NCBI GenBank assembly: GCA_030704615.1
Contig: CM060733.1
Coordinates: 42,470,001 to 42,534,000, forward strand
DNA: 64,000 nucleotides
Reading direction: 5' to 3'
Origin: Takakia lepidozioides
Lineage: Eukaryota > Plantae > Bryophyta
A program made the translations under genes and the position numbers. Below are positions 1 to 11,749 of this stretch, piece after piece. Positions within the stretch are counted from its first letter, which is position 1. Each line of letters starts with the position of its first letter. Below the pieces are notes generated by a model that worked only from the letters and a program-made list of their open reading frames with translations, did no database searches and had not been told where the DNA came from.

Positions 1-970
1 GCCAAAAACTATCATTGAACTCAAGGTAATGGTGTCTCAAGACTAATCCAGCGAGGGTCAGGATCAAGTCTTCTTTGTGTTTGGTGAAATTACCTCCAAT
101 AGCACATTCAAGCTCATACAAGCCAAGCTCGGTGATGATGCTGGGATACAGATTCCACGTCAAACGTAAAAAGAAGAGCATGCGAGGGGACCTCGAGTTG
201 GGAAACCTCTCGAAAAAGCGTGAGAGAATCAACCAAATGAGTGGGTTCCTTGAGAAGTACTGGAAGGAGTTGGTGATGGAGCCAAATTGAAGCATGCTCG
301 AAGATGTAATTGTTGTAGGAACAAATGGGTCTTCCAGCAAGCACGGGTTTGTGTGGAATGAAGTATAAAGCACAAGCTTGAAAGTCCATGGATGACCGAG
401 GGCGTTGGCGGATGTAATTCCATTCTTTGGTGGAGATCGCAAACCTGTAGATTGGATGACAAGATAGCACTTCCAACCTCGACCAAAGTTCTTCCCACGG
501 TACGGAATCCACGGGACGATAAACTTCGGTGTCTGAGAGTTGCCGCATCGCCTCTTGCATGTACCAAGACTTGTCCATAAGCACAAGACCAAGATTTTTG
601 TCGGCCGGCTTGATAACAAGGTCCGGATCCGACCTCAATCTTTTGAGAGCAAGTCTCAAGTGTCTCGGCAGACAAGGTCGTGCATTGCGGGCGATTTGAT
701 CCAAACGGCTAGACAAAAGATCATTACCTTCTCGAATGATGGCCTCGAGCGGTTGAGATTCCACTGGCGGATTGAATGATGGATTCGGAACGCGCCAAAG
801 AGGAACCTCATCGTTGTCTTTGCCGGAGAAGAACGTTTGCAACCTCAAGCTTCGAGCAAAATTGTTGAATTCGGTGATGATTGAAGATCGGGAAGGGGGA
901 AGAGGACGAGGAATGTAATTGAGACCAAGGCCCAGGAGTTGTCGCTCCGTAAAGGAGAGAACCCTCTTGC
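1..970 (-). mobile_element. Penelope-like element RT, N-terminal half (degenerate, inverted relative to its C-terminal half; runs off window start)
   Basis: ORF 114..848 has PLE RT motifs VIKPADKNLGLVLMD..WY, GRPICS and FTFDVES. The upstream frame reads LLGLGLNYIP. Frameshifted near 120. Confidence 0.9.
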
Positions 971-1879
971 TATATCGACGACGACTTTGGCATCTGGGTA
1001 GGCTCCGAAAAAAGCCTCCAGTCCTGGTTACGGAACTACGGTTCCATGTTTGATGGCATCAAAATCACGACCGCCATAAGCCCGACGTCCGCCGACATCT
1101 TGGATATCACATTCTTCAAAGGAGACGATTTCATCCAAACTCGACGGCTCTCTATTAGATGTCATCAAAAAGCCCAGAACAAGTATCAATACTTGCCTTG
1201 GTCCTCGTGGCATCCACATCACCAAAAGAAAGATTTCGTCATCGGCGAGCTCCAACGGTACGTAATACGAGAAAGCACCATCCAAGGGTTCAACCATTTG
1301 CGACTTTTGTTTTACAAACGTCTTCAAGCCCGAGGTTATCCGGCGGCGTTCATCCGGAGTTGTTTTACCAAGATCTCCTACGACCTCAGATCCGCTCTAC
1401 TCGACCAACAGACGCAACGCGTAGTTGAGGGTAAACGGGCCCCCCTTGTTCTTAAGCTCGACTACTCTTCGTACACTCGAGCTTTAAACTTGGGGGCCAC
1501 CCTAAACCCTAGACTCTACGAGTTGCTTCAGCAAGTCCTGGAGCTTCGGTTTCTTCCTCGAGCAATGATTTGTTGGAGGAATCGCGAAAGCTGAGTTCAT
1601 TCTTAGTTAAATCTAGAATGATAGGATGATTTTGTAGTGCAAATGTCCCTAGCATTATTAATTTTGCCTCTTTGATAGCCCTAGTATTGATGTTAAAGTC
1701 AAAGGGTTCCAACAATTAATTTGGACCATTGACTAATTAATGCAGTCTTGACTTGGAGGCTAAATTAGTGCTTTAGTGGCATTATTATTGCCTTGGGAAT
1801 TATCCCATATCGTTTGCACATAGTGAAGGTGCTTTTCTAGTATATAAGGATAGGCTTGGCTCTTAGGACTTCATCTCTT

Positions 1880-1935
1880 GGTGTTCCACTGATGAGCTTG
1901 AGCAATCAAGCGAAACTTGTTTGGAATAAAACACC
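1880..1935 (+). ncRNA. Minimal hammerhead ribozyme (PLE pseudo-LTR type)
   Basis: GTTCCA-CTGATGA-GCTTGA(GCAA)TCAAGC-GAAA-CTT-GTT^-TGGAAT: conserved core CUGAUGA/GAAA, 6-bp stem II, stem I pairing, very short stem III. Confidence 0.88.
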
Positions 1936-2505
1936 TTAACTCTTTTTGTGTCTCCACACTTAGAGAAGTTGAGAGTCTAGTCCTTGCCCGCCCGGGCAAC
2001 TTGGATCGAAGGTCGAAGGGGTGCTCGGTTCCAAGGGGAATCCCAACCCTTGGATACTTCCGAGGCTTTTTTTCTTTCCAAAGCATGGCGTATATAGCCT
2101 TCCGTTTTACGAACCTCTTTTTGAAGGTGGGGCATATAAGTTTTCCAACTAGGGGTTGAGACTTGACCCTATGTTTGTGAGTGCCTTGAGCGCATGCTTG
2201 CCCATAGTGAGCAAGATTTTTGTCGCTAAACAAGGAGGAGCAAACATAAAAAAGCTTACGGTTGGAGCGAAAGTGCCTCATTCTTCAATTAGAGAACCTT
2301 ATCTCGTGAGGGCGGGAGTCCTTGCATAAGACATAATAGTCTTATAGCATCCCTTTAGGCACGATAGGCGCACTTTGTATGCATTTGTCTTGGTTTTCGT
2401 TGCATTTGTATTTGGGTCCGAACCGGCCCCCCTTAAAATTTACTGTCTTTTTCCAGTATTTTTTCTACTTTTTGTTACCTTTGCAAGCCTTTGTTGACCA
2501 CCTTG

Positions 2506-2525
2506 AACCCTAAACCCTAAACCCT
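2506..2525. repeat. Interstitial plant telomere repeat (CCCTAAA)~3 at the PLE 3' end
   Basis: aaccctaaaccctaaaccct. Confidence 0.9.
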
Positions 2526-2779
2526 TGGACCTGCAATTTGATGGGGTCATAGCCACTCCACTTTTGATTTGGAAATGGTGGGTCTTGGGACAAGCAAAAT
2601 TGGATAAAGCTAGGTTTTAATTTGGTCAAACCAATTTTTTTCTCACTTTTTCTTTGGGCCCTGATATTTGAGGTCTGGGCCAATGGTATAATCTCACAAT
2701 TGCCACGGTGCAAAGCCCCTACCCTCCCAGGTGTGCTGGGTAGCATTGTCGGTGGCTCCAAAGAAACAATCCATGGATC

Positions 2780-3825
2780 GAAGATTCTCTTTTTACGCTT
2801 AGCATCGAAGCGAGCCTTCCTTCGCCGTTGCAACTGCCTCAATGTGCTGAGCTGCTGCTTGTCGGATTTCATCTAGTCCTTCCAACATCTCGAGTCGTTC
2901 CTTTAATGACTCTGATTGTCACCAATCGTTCGGTAATGGCCAATCGTAGAGATGGGATTTCTGTCTCGATTGGCATGATGAACTCTAACCCATAAACCAA
3001 TGAAAAGGGGTATGTCGAGTAGTTACCTTATGGGTTGTGCGAAATGCCCACACGGCCGAAATTAACTTGGTGTCCCAATCCCTTTTGTGCTCCCTGATTG
3101 TCTTGGAGAGAATGTTGCACAGGGTTTGGTTGGCGCGCTCCACCTGCCCACTCGTTTGTGGATGATAAAGGGGCATTGTGATGCTTGATGGAGAATGCCA
3201 CCATCATTTCCTCGATGATGTCGTTGATGAAGTGAGATCCTCTGTCACTCACTATCTCTTTTGGGCATCCGAATCGGGAAATGATATATTTATAAATGAA
3301 AGAGGCGGTTACCTTTGCGTTGGCTCTCTTAACCGCTTTGGCTTCTGCCCACTTGGTCAGATACTTAGTGGCTATAATGATGTAGCGATTTTGTCGACTC
3401 GATGCAGGGTGCACTTCCCCTACATAGTCGATCCCCACTTCTCAAACGGAGCAAGGGGGAGAGTGGGACTAACGGCATTCCGAGCCTGTTATTTCGCTTG
3501 GCGTACCTTTGACAAGAGTCGCATTTTCGCACATGCATGTGCGCATCTTTGAACATGGAGGGCCAGTAGTATCCTACCCTCAAAGCCTTTTGCACTGTGA
3601 GCCGCCCTGCAAAGCGTCCTCCGCACATGCTATCTGGGGAACCTCCTCCGGGGTGATGCATCGGCTCAAGAGTCTATCCAATCCCCTTCTATAAAATTGC
3701 CCTCCCACAAGAGCAAACTTCATGTTGCGCAGTCGAAGCCTTCGTCGCGCATGTCGATCCAATCCTGGGGGAAATTCCAGGGTGCTTAAATAATGAGCTA
3801 AGTGTTCATGGACTCGGCTCATTTT
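2780..3825 (-). mobile_element. Ty3/Gypsy integrase fragment (frameshifted)
   Basis: GYYWPSMFKDAHMHVRKCDSCQ (Zn finger), GIDYVG, IVSDRGSHF and YHPQTSGQVERANQTL (DDE core) spread over ORFs 3580..3822, 3365..3661, 3028..3438 and 2985..3176. Confidence 0.92.
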
Positions 3826-5119
3826 GGTATGTCATGCATAAATGAGCTAGGCCCATTGCTATATGGTTGGAATCTCTGGATGATTTTTGGTAGGTTTCTA
3901 GGGGCAATTTACTGCAGCTGGGTACCAAAAATTGGTAAAAAGTCAAAAAAAGGGCTTGGGAACTTAAAGGTTAAATAAGGTAGAGGTATTTAATTCAGAC
4001 CTAAAATCTTTCACGATGAGTACAAATTAATTTTGAAAATGTCCACCACCTTGACATAAAAACTTGCGTCGGTTCTAAGTCACCTAACAAAAAACTTCGA
4101 AACCTTATGATTTTTGAATCCACGCATTCTTTGCTGCATTGGAATCCACTTTAATTTGCTAACAAAAATATACAAAAACTTGACCATTCTAATAGTAGTA
4201 ACTATGCCGAGTGATTAATATATCACTTATTTTGGTACGATCACCTTACTTTTGACAACAGCAAAAAAATTAGGTTTCACTTCAATCACAAAATCGGAAA
4301 CTATGCTCAATTTTCGAACGATTTCCATTGTGGAATACCTCACGGACGAGAGACAGAGCATGATACTGCATATGAGGACTCCTGCCTAAGTCAGCACAGC
4401 CGCTCTCCGCCTTTGACTGGTCCGCTTGCGCTTCCCGAACAACGATCGAAACGAAAGCCACGATCAAGATCCGCATCCTCCTCCTCCATGGCCCTATGCA
4501 CGGACAGCTAGGGTTGCAAGAACCCCTATGCAATCGGAGACGGGGAATTGAGCAATAAATGCTTGGAGAGGAAATGTTGGGGTGACAGAAACGAAATACA
4601 TGAAATTGTGTGCGTGTGATTGCAGTGGAGAACCAAAACAAAAACAAATGAAAAACAGGAGAGGAACGCAAAGATTGCAAGGTGGTATGGAATTGGAAAG
4701 AAGAGCACCGACTAAAACCTTGAAGCGGAGTTTCCCTTGCAACGCAGAGACAGACACTCTCCAGTCAGCAAGTGGAGGGCCCGTTTCCTGACATGCACGA
4801 GGTGGCGGTGCCCCGTTATGAGATCTGCGATTTGCCGGTTTAGCTGGGCTCTAAGAAAATTGAAGGGCAGCCTGCCCCTGCATGCAGCCCGGCTCCAAAA
4901 TGTAAAAATCACCCAGCTATTTGTGCAACTTTGTAGGTCACTATATATCAATGTCTTACATTAAATTTTTTGACTTGTACATTACTAGTGCATAGTGACA
5001 CAAGTAAGGTGAACTCTAAATAATGGTTTTCATCTTTTACTCCCTTGTTCCGAAATAAAAAGCACTTTGATTTCTTCATGTATTTGTACCTCTTCATATA
5101 TTTGTATTCTTCACGTATT

Positions 5120-5376
5120 TGTATTTATTCTTTTATTTTATTTTACTTTATTGTTTTTTCTTAAAAAAAGGGGACACCTGGGGAGCGACAGCTCACAAAT
5201 CAGGCCCCTTAACAGTGAGAGGAGAAAATAACCTCTTTCACAGTAACCTGCGCCGCGAGGCATAGGAACGGGACCAGGAAACGGGGAGAAGAGTATGCCA
5301 CACCCGTCAGTAGCAAGATTCGACCCCAGAATCGCCTCGGTCGCACTTAGTGCTCTTAGCCAACTGAGCTACCGAC
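5120..5376 (-). mobile_element. tRNA-derived SINE-like element
   Basis: The minus strand starts GTCGGTAGCTCAGTTGG (A box) ... GGGTCGAATC (B box) and has an A-rich tail near 5120-5170. No full cloverleaf. Confidence 0.6.
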
Positions 5377-8300
5377 TGTTGGTTTTTAATTTCCGAATGG
5401 TAAATCACAAAAAATCAAAAGTGATCACGGAAATCACTGCAGAGAAGCCGTCGTCAACACACACAAGGAATCTGATACTCAGAGTGCCTGCACATCTTCC
5501 AATGATATGAAAAACTCTGGTCTACATCTCCTAGTAGAAGTCTATCTTAACGCTATTTGGTTCACTTCACTCACCGCCAAGTGTAGCCAAAACACAACTT
5601 CAAGAATATTCACACCTAATCTCAATTCTCAATGGCACCTGATGCCCAGTGCACTACAACACACAACCGCGCCTTGGTGTTGAACCAATTGACCTGCCGA
5701 CTCCCCTGGAAACAAAATTATTCTGGAATATCCTGCAAACTTGTCACACCATCGTATCAGTGTAACACAAAGCTGATGAACTCATTGATTGGTTCATGAA
5801 AACATACTTGTCATTAATTTGTGTCCCTTTTTCACAGGTTCTTGAAGTTGGTCCGTGGTTGAATACAGAAGCAGTCTAACTTAGTAGTATACTTCTGTAG
5901 CGTGGAAAGGTGTGACAGCAACAAGAGAATATATAGAAATGTCACCAAACACAAAAAAATAGAGCCAGTATCCCAATGAACCTTCTCAATACTCCATGAG
6001 CCATCACAAAATTTGTCCCCGTCACTCCTTGATAGAACGTAAGAAATCACATAACACGCGGTCAAACAAATCCTCCGCTTCTACCTGTCCAATATAGCCA
6101 ATTAAACGATTATCTTGGCATTCAGATTGGAGTTTAGCTGGCTTCTTTGCAGGATAGGCAACTACCAAGCTGATGCAACCATCTTTGCATGCGGCAAGCA
6201 CCCTCGTTTTGGACTCGGAACTATTCTTGTACATCTGTTCCGGATCTGTAGTTGCCACTGCTCTAGCCCACTGCACCTCAGATCGCAGCTTCAGTTGACA
6301 GAAGACAGGAATCTTCAAATTCCCAAGTCTCACAACAAAAAGAACATCAGCTCCAGATCTGTCGTCAAAAATGAGGCATGGTGGACGAGATTTCTCTTCA
6401 GCATCAAGAAATTTACTTACGGTGTGGATCCTATATGACTCCCTCCACACTCCTTCACCTTCACCGGTAATCGTTGGCTTGTCCCTTGCGAATTTTGGAG
6501 GCAGGGTTGCATCCTTGAAACAGCACATATCGGCCAACAATTTTGTGCCGTCAAACAGCTTGGCCACATGAACTGTGAAAAGTTTCTCCCATGCCCTACC
6601 CATTGCACTGGGATCATCCTTGCAATTAACCATGTAGTCTTTGAGTGATTTCTCAAATGAATGGTTGTTTTTCAAGTAGTTCATGATGCTATGATGGACT
6701 GTCGGTTCGACTATAGAGAAAGTGAATTGGGAACCTGTTGAATGGTGTAGCTGTCCAAGGCCACACTCGAGCAAAGTCATATCTCCGTCCGTTGAAACGG
6801 TATGTTCTCCCCTCCCTGCATAGGCAAAGGAGGTTCCTATTCTTTGCACCAAGGAAGCACCATTGAATGATTCTTCTTTCAGGACAAATGTGCCTTTTGC
6901 TCCACACAGAGCGCTCACAGCATAATAAATGGAAGTGCTGTCATTGGTGTCGCTTGTGATCTCCTTGAAATAGTTGTCTACTACGGTTATATCCCATCTT
7001 CCTCCAGCCTTCCTCAGAAGGCGCTCGACACAACTTACCAAACACCTTCGACGGCCTCTGAACTTTTCCAGCAGATACTGGGCATTGTCCTCCATATGAT
7101 CATCCTCTAGCTTCAGGTACTCGCTGCAGAATTTCAGAACCTGACGCACATCTGTCCATGAAGAAAATGGAGCAGAAGAAAATTGAACCGGGCCACCACC
7201 CCCTTCTTTTGCAATCTGCGAACCTATGTCCGCTTCCAGCTTCAAAAAGCTGACACCTGTACCAGCAACAAATACTTTCTGCTTTGGCAACGATGTAGAT
7301 GGCCGCACTAGGGCTTTGATCAACGGAGAATAAATGGACCTTAGCTCTTTCATCTCGGGGGATTCGTAGTCATTTACATTTGTCCTTCCCAACACCTGCG
7401 CTTCATCCAGAACTACAGTGAAAGTGCCAACCTTCCCCTCTAAATCCGTCCACAGTTTTTTTATCCTAGCACTTAGCCCCTCTGAATCTTCCAGGGAAGT
7501 AACCACGTTAAAAAGTTTCCGAGTAAGCACATCATATAGATCGTTACGATCTGCACCAAGGAAAGCACGGAATTGCACCTGGAGCATGAGCCATTGCAGA
7601 GGACTCAAATCAGGAATTTCTTGGTGACAAAATTCCAAGATTAACAACCTTGAAAGAATGGCACACCTCATACGTTTCATCACATTCCTGTGATTCATTG
7701 CCTTATCGACCTCTATCTCGTGAGAACTCACAGAGGCGACATCATCTGACCCACCGTTTCCTTTGGTTTTAGCTGTCCAAAAAAAACCCCACTTCTCTGC
7801 AAGCAGCTCGTAAAGAAACCGAGTTTTCCCACTCCCACTCACTCCAACAACTGGCACAACACCAGTCGAGCCATCATTCGCTCGTTCCCACAAATCACCA
7901 ACATCTTCAGTCCAACGAGCAGTTAATTTATCCAGTAAAATGCTTGGATAACCACGGTGGTCGAGTGGCACACCGTTCTGTATAGACAAATTGCACCCCA
8001 TCTTTTTGAACGTGTCCAAAAACTCAGAAAATTTCAATTTCCATTCTTGCATAACCACCTTCACTGATTCTGTAAGCAAAACCCACACACTTTCTGTCAC
8101 TCCTGACAGATCCATGTATCTGAAGAAAAATAAGAGCATCCTATCTTGCAAATAATTGAACAATACAAAAGATACACCAACAAAGCCTATGACCAAAGAA
8201 AATGCAAAGAGAAGGGGAACATGGAAGGGAAGGCCAAGTAACAGAGTAGCTCTACCTGAAAACCCGTTTCCAGAGGTTTTCAATCTCTTCGCAGATCTCT

Positions 8301-9356
8301 CTCCCCCTGCAAATATGTCAGATTTTGTCAAATTTCAAAAGATCTGCATTCATCCAAACTCTTACCATGGAATTACTGATGAAACTGCTGTTGTATGGCA
8401 GCATCCTGTAACCCTAAACCAAATCTCTCTCCCACTGCATATATGTCAGACTCCACCCATCACAGAGTGTGTCCTGGCCTTGAAAGAGGCCCTCCCACAC
8501 TTTACACAGTCACTTCAAGATCTCTCCTCTTGCCCATGGTGACACAAGGAGGGAGGTAGAAGGTGCTGTAGATTCTTGGGAGAGCTTCGCCACTTCTGCT
8601 GCTAATAGAGTCATGGAAGGAAACTAATTACCTGTGGTAGAGCAGTAAATTGGTGGACCCATGAGGTCAAGCTCAAGATTGCTGAGAGGCAGGCGCTCTA
8701 TAAGGACTGCTGTAATATCAAAGATGAAAAAATGCTCTGGTCTAGATACTACCAACTGCGTAAAGAGGTCAATCAGCTTGTAAGGGATCAGAAGAGGCTT
8801 TACTGGGAGAAGTTGTACAGTGACATAAACTTAACCCACCATGGTCGTAATGACAAAAGATTATGGTTGGCCTTACAGCCAATCATCATAAGACCAACAA
8901 TTGCACAACCAATACATGTACCCTACCTCGATCTTGGCAAGAACCACAACAGTGATAGACAATGTATATAGACTGGGAAAACGTAACACACCGAAGAGAA
9001 AAGAAGACAAGAACGCAGAACACTTTAAACCTGCCCTCATCCGCCGCAATCTGACCCACCTTAAGAAAATAATAGTCCTTTAGGTCTGGAAACCTTCAAG
9101 TGCAAACCCTGTTACCTGCTGGGGGTGCTACAAAAGAATAAACCACAAGTATCAACCAACAAAACGACTTGGAATAAAAATAGAAGAGGGTGTAAGGACA
9201 GCAATCACTGTACTATTGATAACATACCAGCAGCTTCAGAGGGTTCAAAGCAAAAAACATAACGAGAAAAAAACAAACCATAAACGCTACCAAGAAGCTG
9301 CTTGTAATGCTGCAAATATCTCAAGATACTAGATTCAGTTTGAAATACCCTGTCCT
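5263..9356. repeat. Segmental duplication copy 1 (~4.1 kb, direct repeat of 23541-27688)
   Basis: Near-identical sequence from taggaacgggac to gaaataccctgtcct in both places, with small indels including an ~86-bp deletion at ~8420 in this copy. Confidence 0.95.
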
Positions 9357-9764
9357 GGCTGTCGCGCTTTGGATGAAATGCCTTCTTGAATCCTCTTCTG
9401 TTCCCAGTACCAGCCAAGAATCTACATAACCTAATAGATGTAGGTTATTTGTCAAATTGCAGACATTATCTTAAGAAATTTCTGCAAACAAGAACACACA
9501 CTAACCTTCTATTTGTGCAGCTGGCATTGCGTCCCCATCAACAAGCACCGCGAAGTCTTTCGATTGTCCTGCTGTTGATCCACATGAATCCCTTACCTCT
9601 TCAATGGTTACGCCCTCATAGGCTGCTAGCTCACAAAACAGAAGTGTTTCAGGACGCAGGTCAGTCCGCTTAGCAATTCTGGAAATATCGAGCGTCCCCT
9701 TGTCATCGGTAGCGGTTACCTCCCATGACCGCTTGGCTGTACGGAGCCAGATTTTTGGCTTCAT
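6022..9764 (-). CDS. Crinkler/CR-type effector-like gene 1: putative beta-grasp-like header exon (9764-9506) + basic linker exon (8306-8256) + P-loop NTPase/REase-fold exon (8102-6022)
   Basis: Walker A VVGVSGSGKT, Walker B VVLDEAQ, FVAGTG, RGRRR, and C-terminal E..GAD..QLK (PD-(D/E)xK variant). Predicted phase-1 junctions: GAAG|GTTAG, TGCAG|GGG, TCAG|GTAGAG, TGTCAG|GA. The exon structure is inferred. Confidence 0.8.
8580..8900 (+). repeat. LINE-derived intronic module (ORF2 EN-RT linker-like), also at ~26930-27220, ~28190-28470 and ~44340-44630
   Basis: Reads NWWTHEVKLKIAERQALYK..LWSRYYQLRKEVNQLVRDQKRLYWEKL..DKRLWLAL, the pattern of non-LTR ORF2 linkers. Four near-identical copies, all inside CR-gene introns. 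Confidence 0.7.
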
Positions 9765-10337
9765 CCTGATCTTTCACGACCATACACTTGCACTCGCAAG
9801 AATATGCCAAAACTAGATCTGAAACAAAGAGAGAAACTAACATTTAATAAACCTGCACTGCTAGTTGGCAAAGACATGCTCGCTCACATAAACAATCGCG
9901 ATCAATCATAACATAAAGCAAACAAGGAAAAACGCCTTTAACCTAGAAGCAAGAAAGACTTCACACGAAACCCTAGGTGAACAGAACTGAAGCGAAAGCG
10001 ACAAAGGAAGCAGTAAAAAGTTGTTCGCAAGCAACACTCACACAACACCTGCGAGGTTTTGATAAACGAAGTTGAATATGAACAATTGGAAAAAAGTACC
10101 TCCAATGCACACAACTAGCCAACTACCAGGCACATGATCGAGAGAAACATGATCGCGCGACGACGAAGGCAAGCCAAGTGCAAAAGGCGAAAGCATGAGA
10201 GTGCAAGACTCTTTGTTTGGTGCTGCTGCTTAGGGTTTCGGGAGCTTCTATGAGCCGTCGATGGGTTCAGATTGGAGGGTCGAGGGCCGTTGGATGGGAG
10301 TTCCCGTGTGGAATTTGCGATGATGATCTGCAACTGG

Positions 10338-10680
10338 GCTATTCGGGTTTGTGCGGGTTCACGGAACCCTACTCACGGGTTCAGGGCTGGAACTGGGTTA
10401 TGAGTTATGACCAGTGTTGAGCGGGTATTGAATTTTCATTTACCCTCAGGGTAAGGGTAACCTGAATTTTTAGAAAAGATTTACCCGCCGGGTCAGGGTA
10501 TTAATATTTTTCAAATGGAAAGTAAGGGTCGCTTCCGGGTAATGCACACATACGCCGGGTCAGGGTATAACCGGGTACTCTCAAAATATAACCTGAGGGT
10601 AAGGTTATTTAACGGATCCAGGTAATTTGGTATTACCCCCCAAATAAGTTTAAGTTTAGGTAGGGCGAGGGTAGGATGAA
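10338..10680. repeat. Possible DNA-transposon subterminal region (hAT/MITE-like) rich in GGGTA/TACCC/CCGGGTCAGGGTA motifs
   Basis: Dense short direct and inverted GGGTA/ACCC motifs. Termini and TSD not identified. Confidence 0.3.
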
Positions 10681-11749
10681 AGTCAATTTTCAGAAGGATT
10701 TAATATGATGTGGCAATATAAACAATATAAACCAATGAGATTCTAAAATTCTAACCAGAAGAAATTAAAATATATTTCAAAATATAACGTTATTAAGCAA
10801 AAGTTTCAATCCCAAGAGTATGAAAGGAAAAATTTCGATAATTGAAAAACAGGGGGAGTGGAAAAAGGAGCGATGGCGGAGCTACGAGACAACCTCCAAT
10901 GGTCATCTGAAAACTTCTTCCATCTCTATCAGATCCTTTCGACTTCCAGCTTACTTTCAACTCGCAAATACTCCCAAGCTCAGCTTTCAAATGATATGCA
11001 CATTAGGAGTTTTTGTTTGGTTTTCTTTCAAAACTCTCTTCTTCAGTGTTCATCCTAACACCTTACTTCCTTTCATCTCCATCTCGGTTGCTTGCATCAT
11101 CCCTAATCCACCCACCACAGCCGTCTCTAGCTTTTAAGCCGTTTGCTTTCTACAGTGACATTTCCCGCCTATACCCCCTTCCTCTACATTTCCCGTCTCT
11201 CTTAAGCTCCATAACTCACACACCCAGCGGAGTCCTTAAAACACCTTCTGTTTTTCTACATTTGTTAACTATGGCTCCCGGAAGCAACCAGCTGCGTAAC
11301 AACGAGAAGATGGTGACTCGTGGGAATATCCGAGGGCAACAGAGTATTCACAGAAGACCCAACCTGTCGGTATGGGCTTTTTTATGGCACACCAAGCTCG
11401 ATCCAGGATAGCTTCTGCCAGTGGTTCAGTAAGATATCCCTCCCCTCCCATTCCCATCAACCCTCTCTCTCCTCCCCAACCACTTCTCAAAACACCCAGG
11501 CTAAACTCCTTCATTCCGAACATTCCGAACCCTCCAATTTTGGAGGAACCACCAGCAGATTGGGAGGAGGAGAGCGCTCTTAATCAAGATGATCTGGACA
11601 AGGACTACCCCATGATCAATATGAACATCCCAGAACGGCAAAGGAGAGTCACAACAATGGAGGAGACAGGTCACAACGCAAGACACATGGCTCCCCGGAA
11701 GACTACAATTTTGTGCCTTAACCCTACCCAACTCAACACGTCCGATTGG

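Larger units (their letters stand above)
968..2525 (+). mobile_element. Penelope-like element, C-terminal RT half (YIDD + thumb, no GIY-YIG endonuclease) plus 3' pseudo-LTR ending in telomeric repeats
   Basis: TAT ATC GAC GAC (YIDD) at 971-982. ORF 1046..1594 reads HQKAQNKYQYLPWSSWHP..GELQRY..RLQARGYP and ends shortly after ICW with no endonuclease. TATA at ~1841, hammerhead at 1883-1927, CCCTAAA repeats at 2506-2525. Confidence 0.88.

Noticed and set aside
5300-5376. tRNA gene (also 23590-23660 and ~35425-35493)
   Set aside because: A and B boxes are present but no convincing acceptor or anticodon stems. Treated as SINE or tRNA-derived repeat.
8103-8331. ORF-track N-terminus of the 769-aa proteins as a true start with a TM helix
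   Set aside because: It starts at TTG inside an apparent intron. Splice signals indicate a 51-nt exon flanked by introns.
9349-9430. Extra exon GYVDSWLVLGTEED.. in CR gene 1
   Set aside because: Good phase-1 acceptor, but the apparent donor is phase 2 and incompatible with the downstream phase-1 acceptors. Cannot be supported without transcripts.
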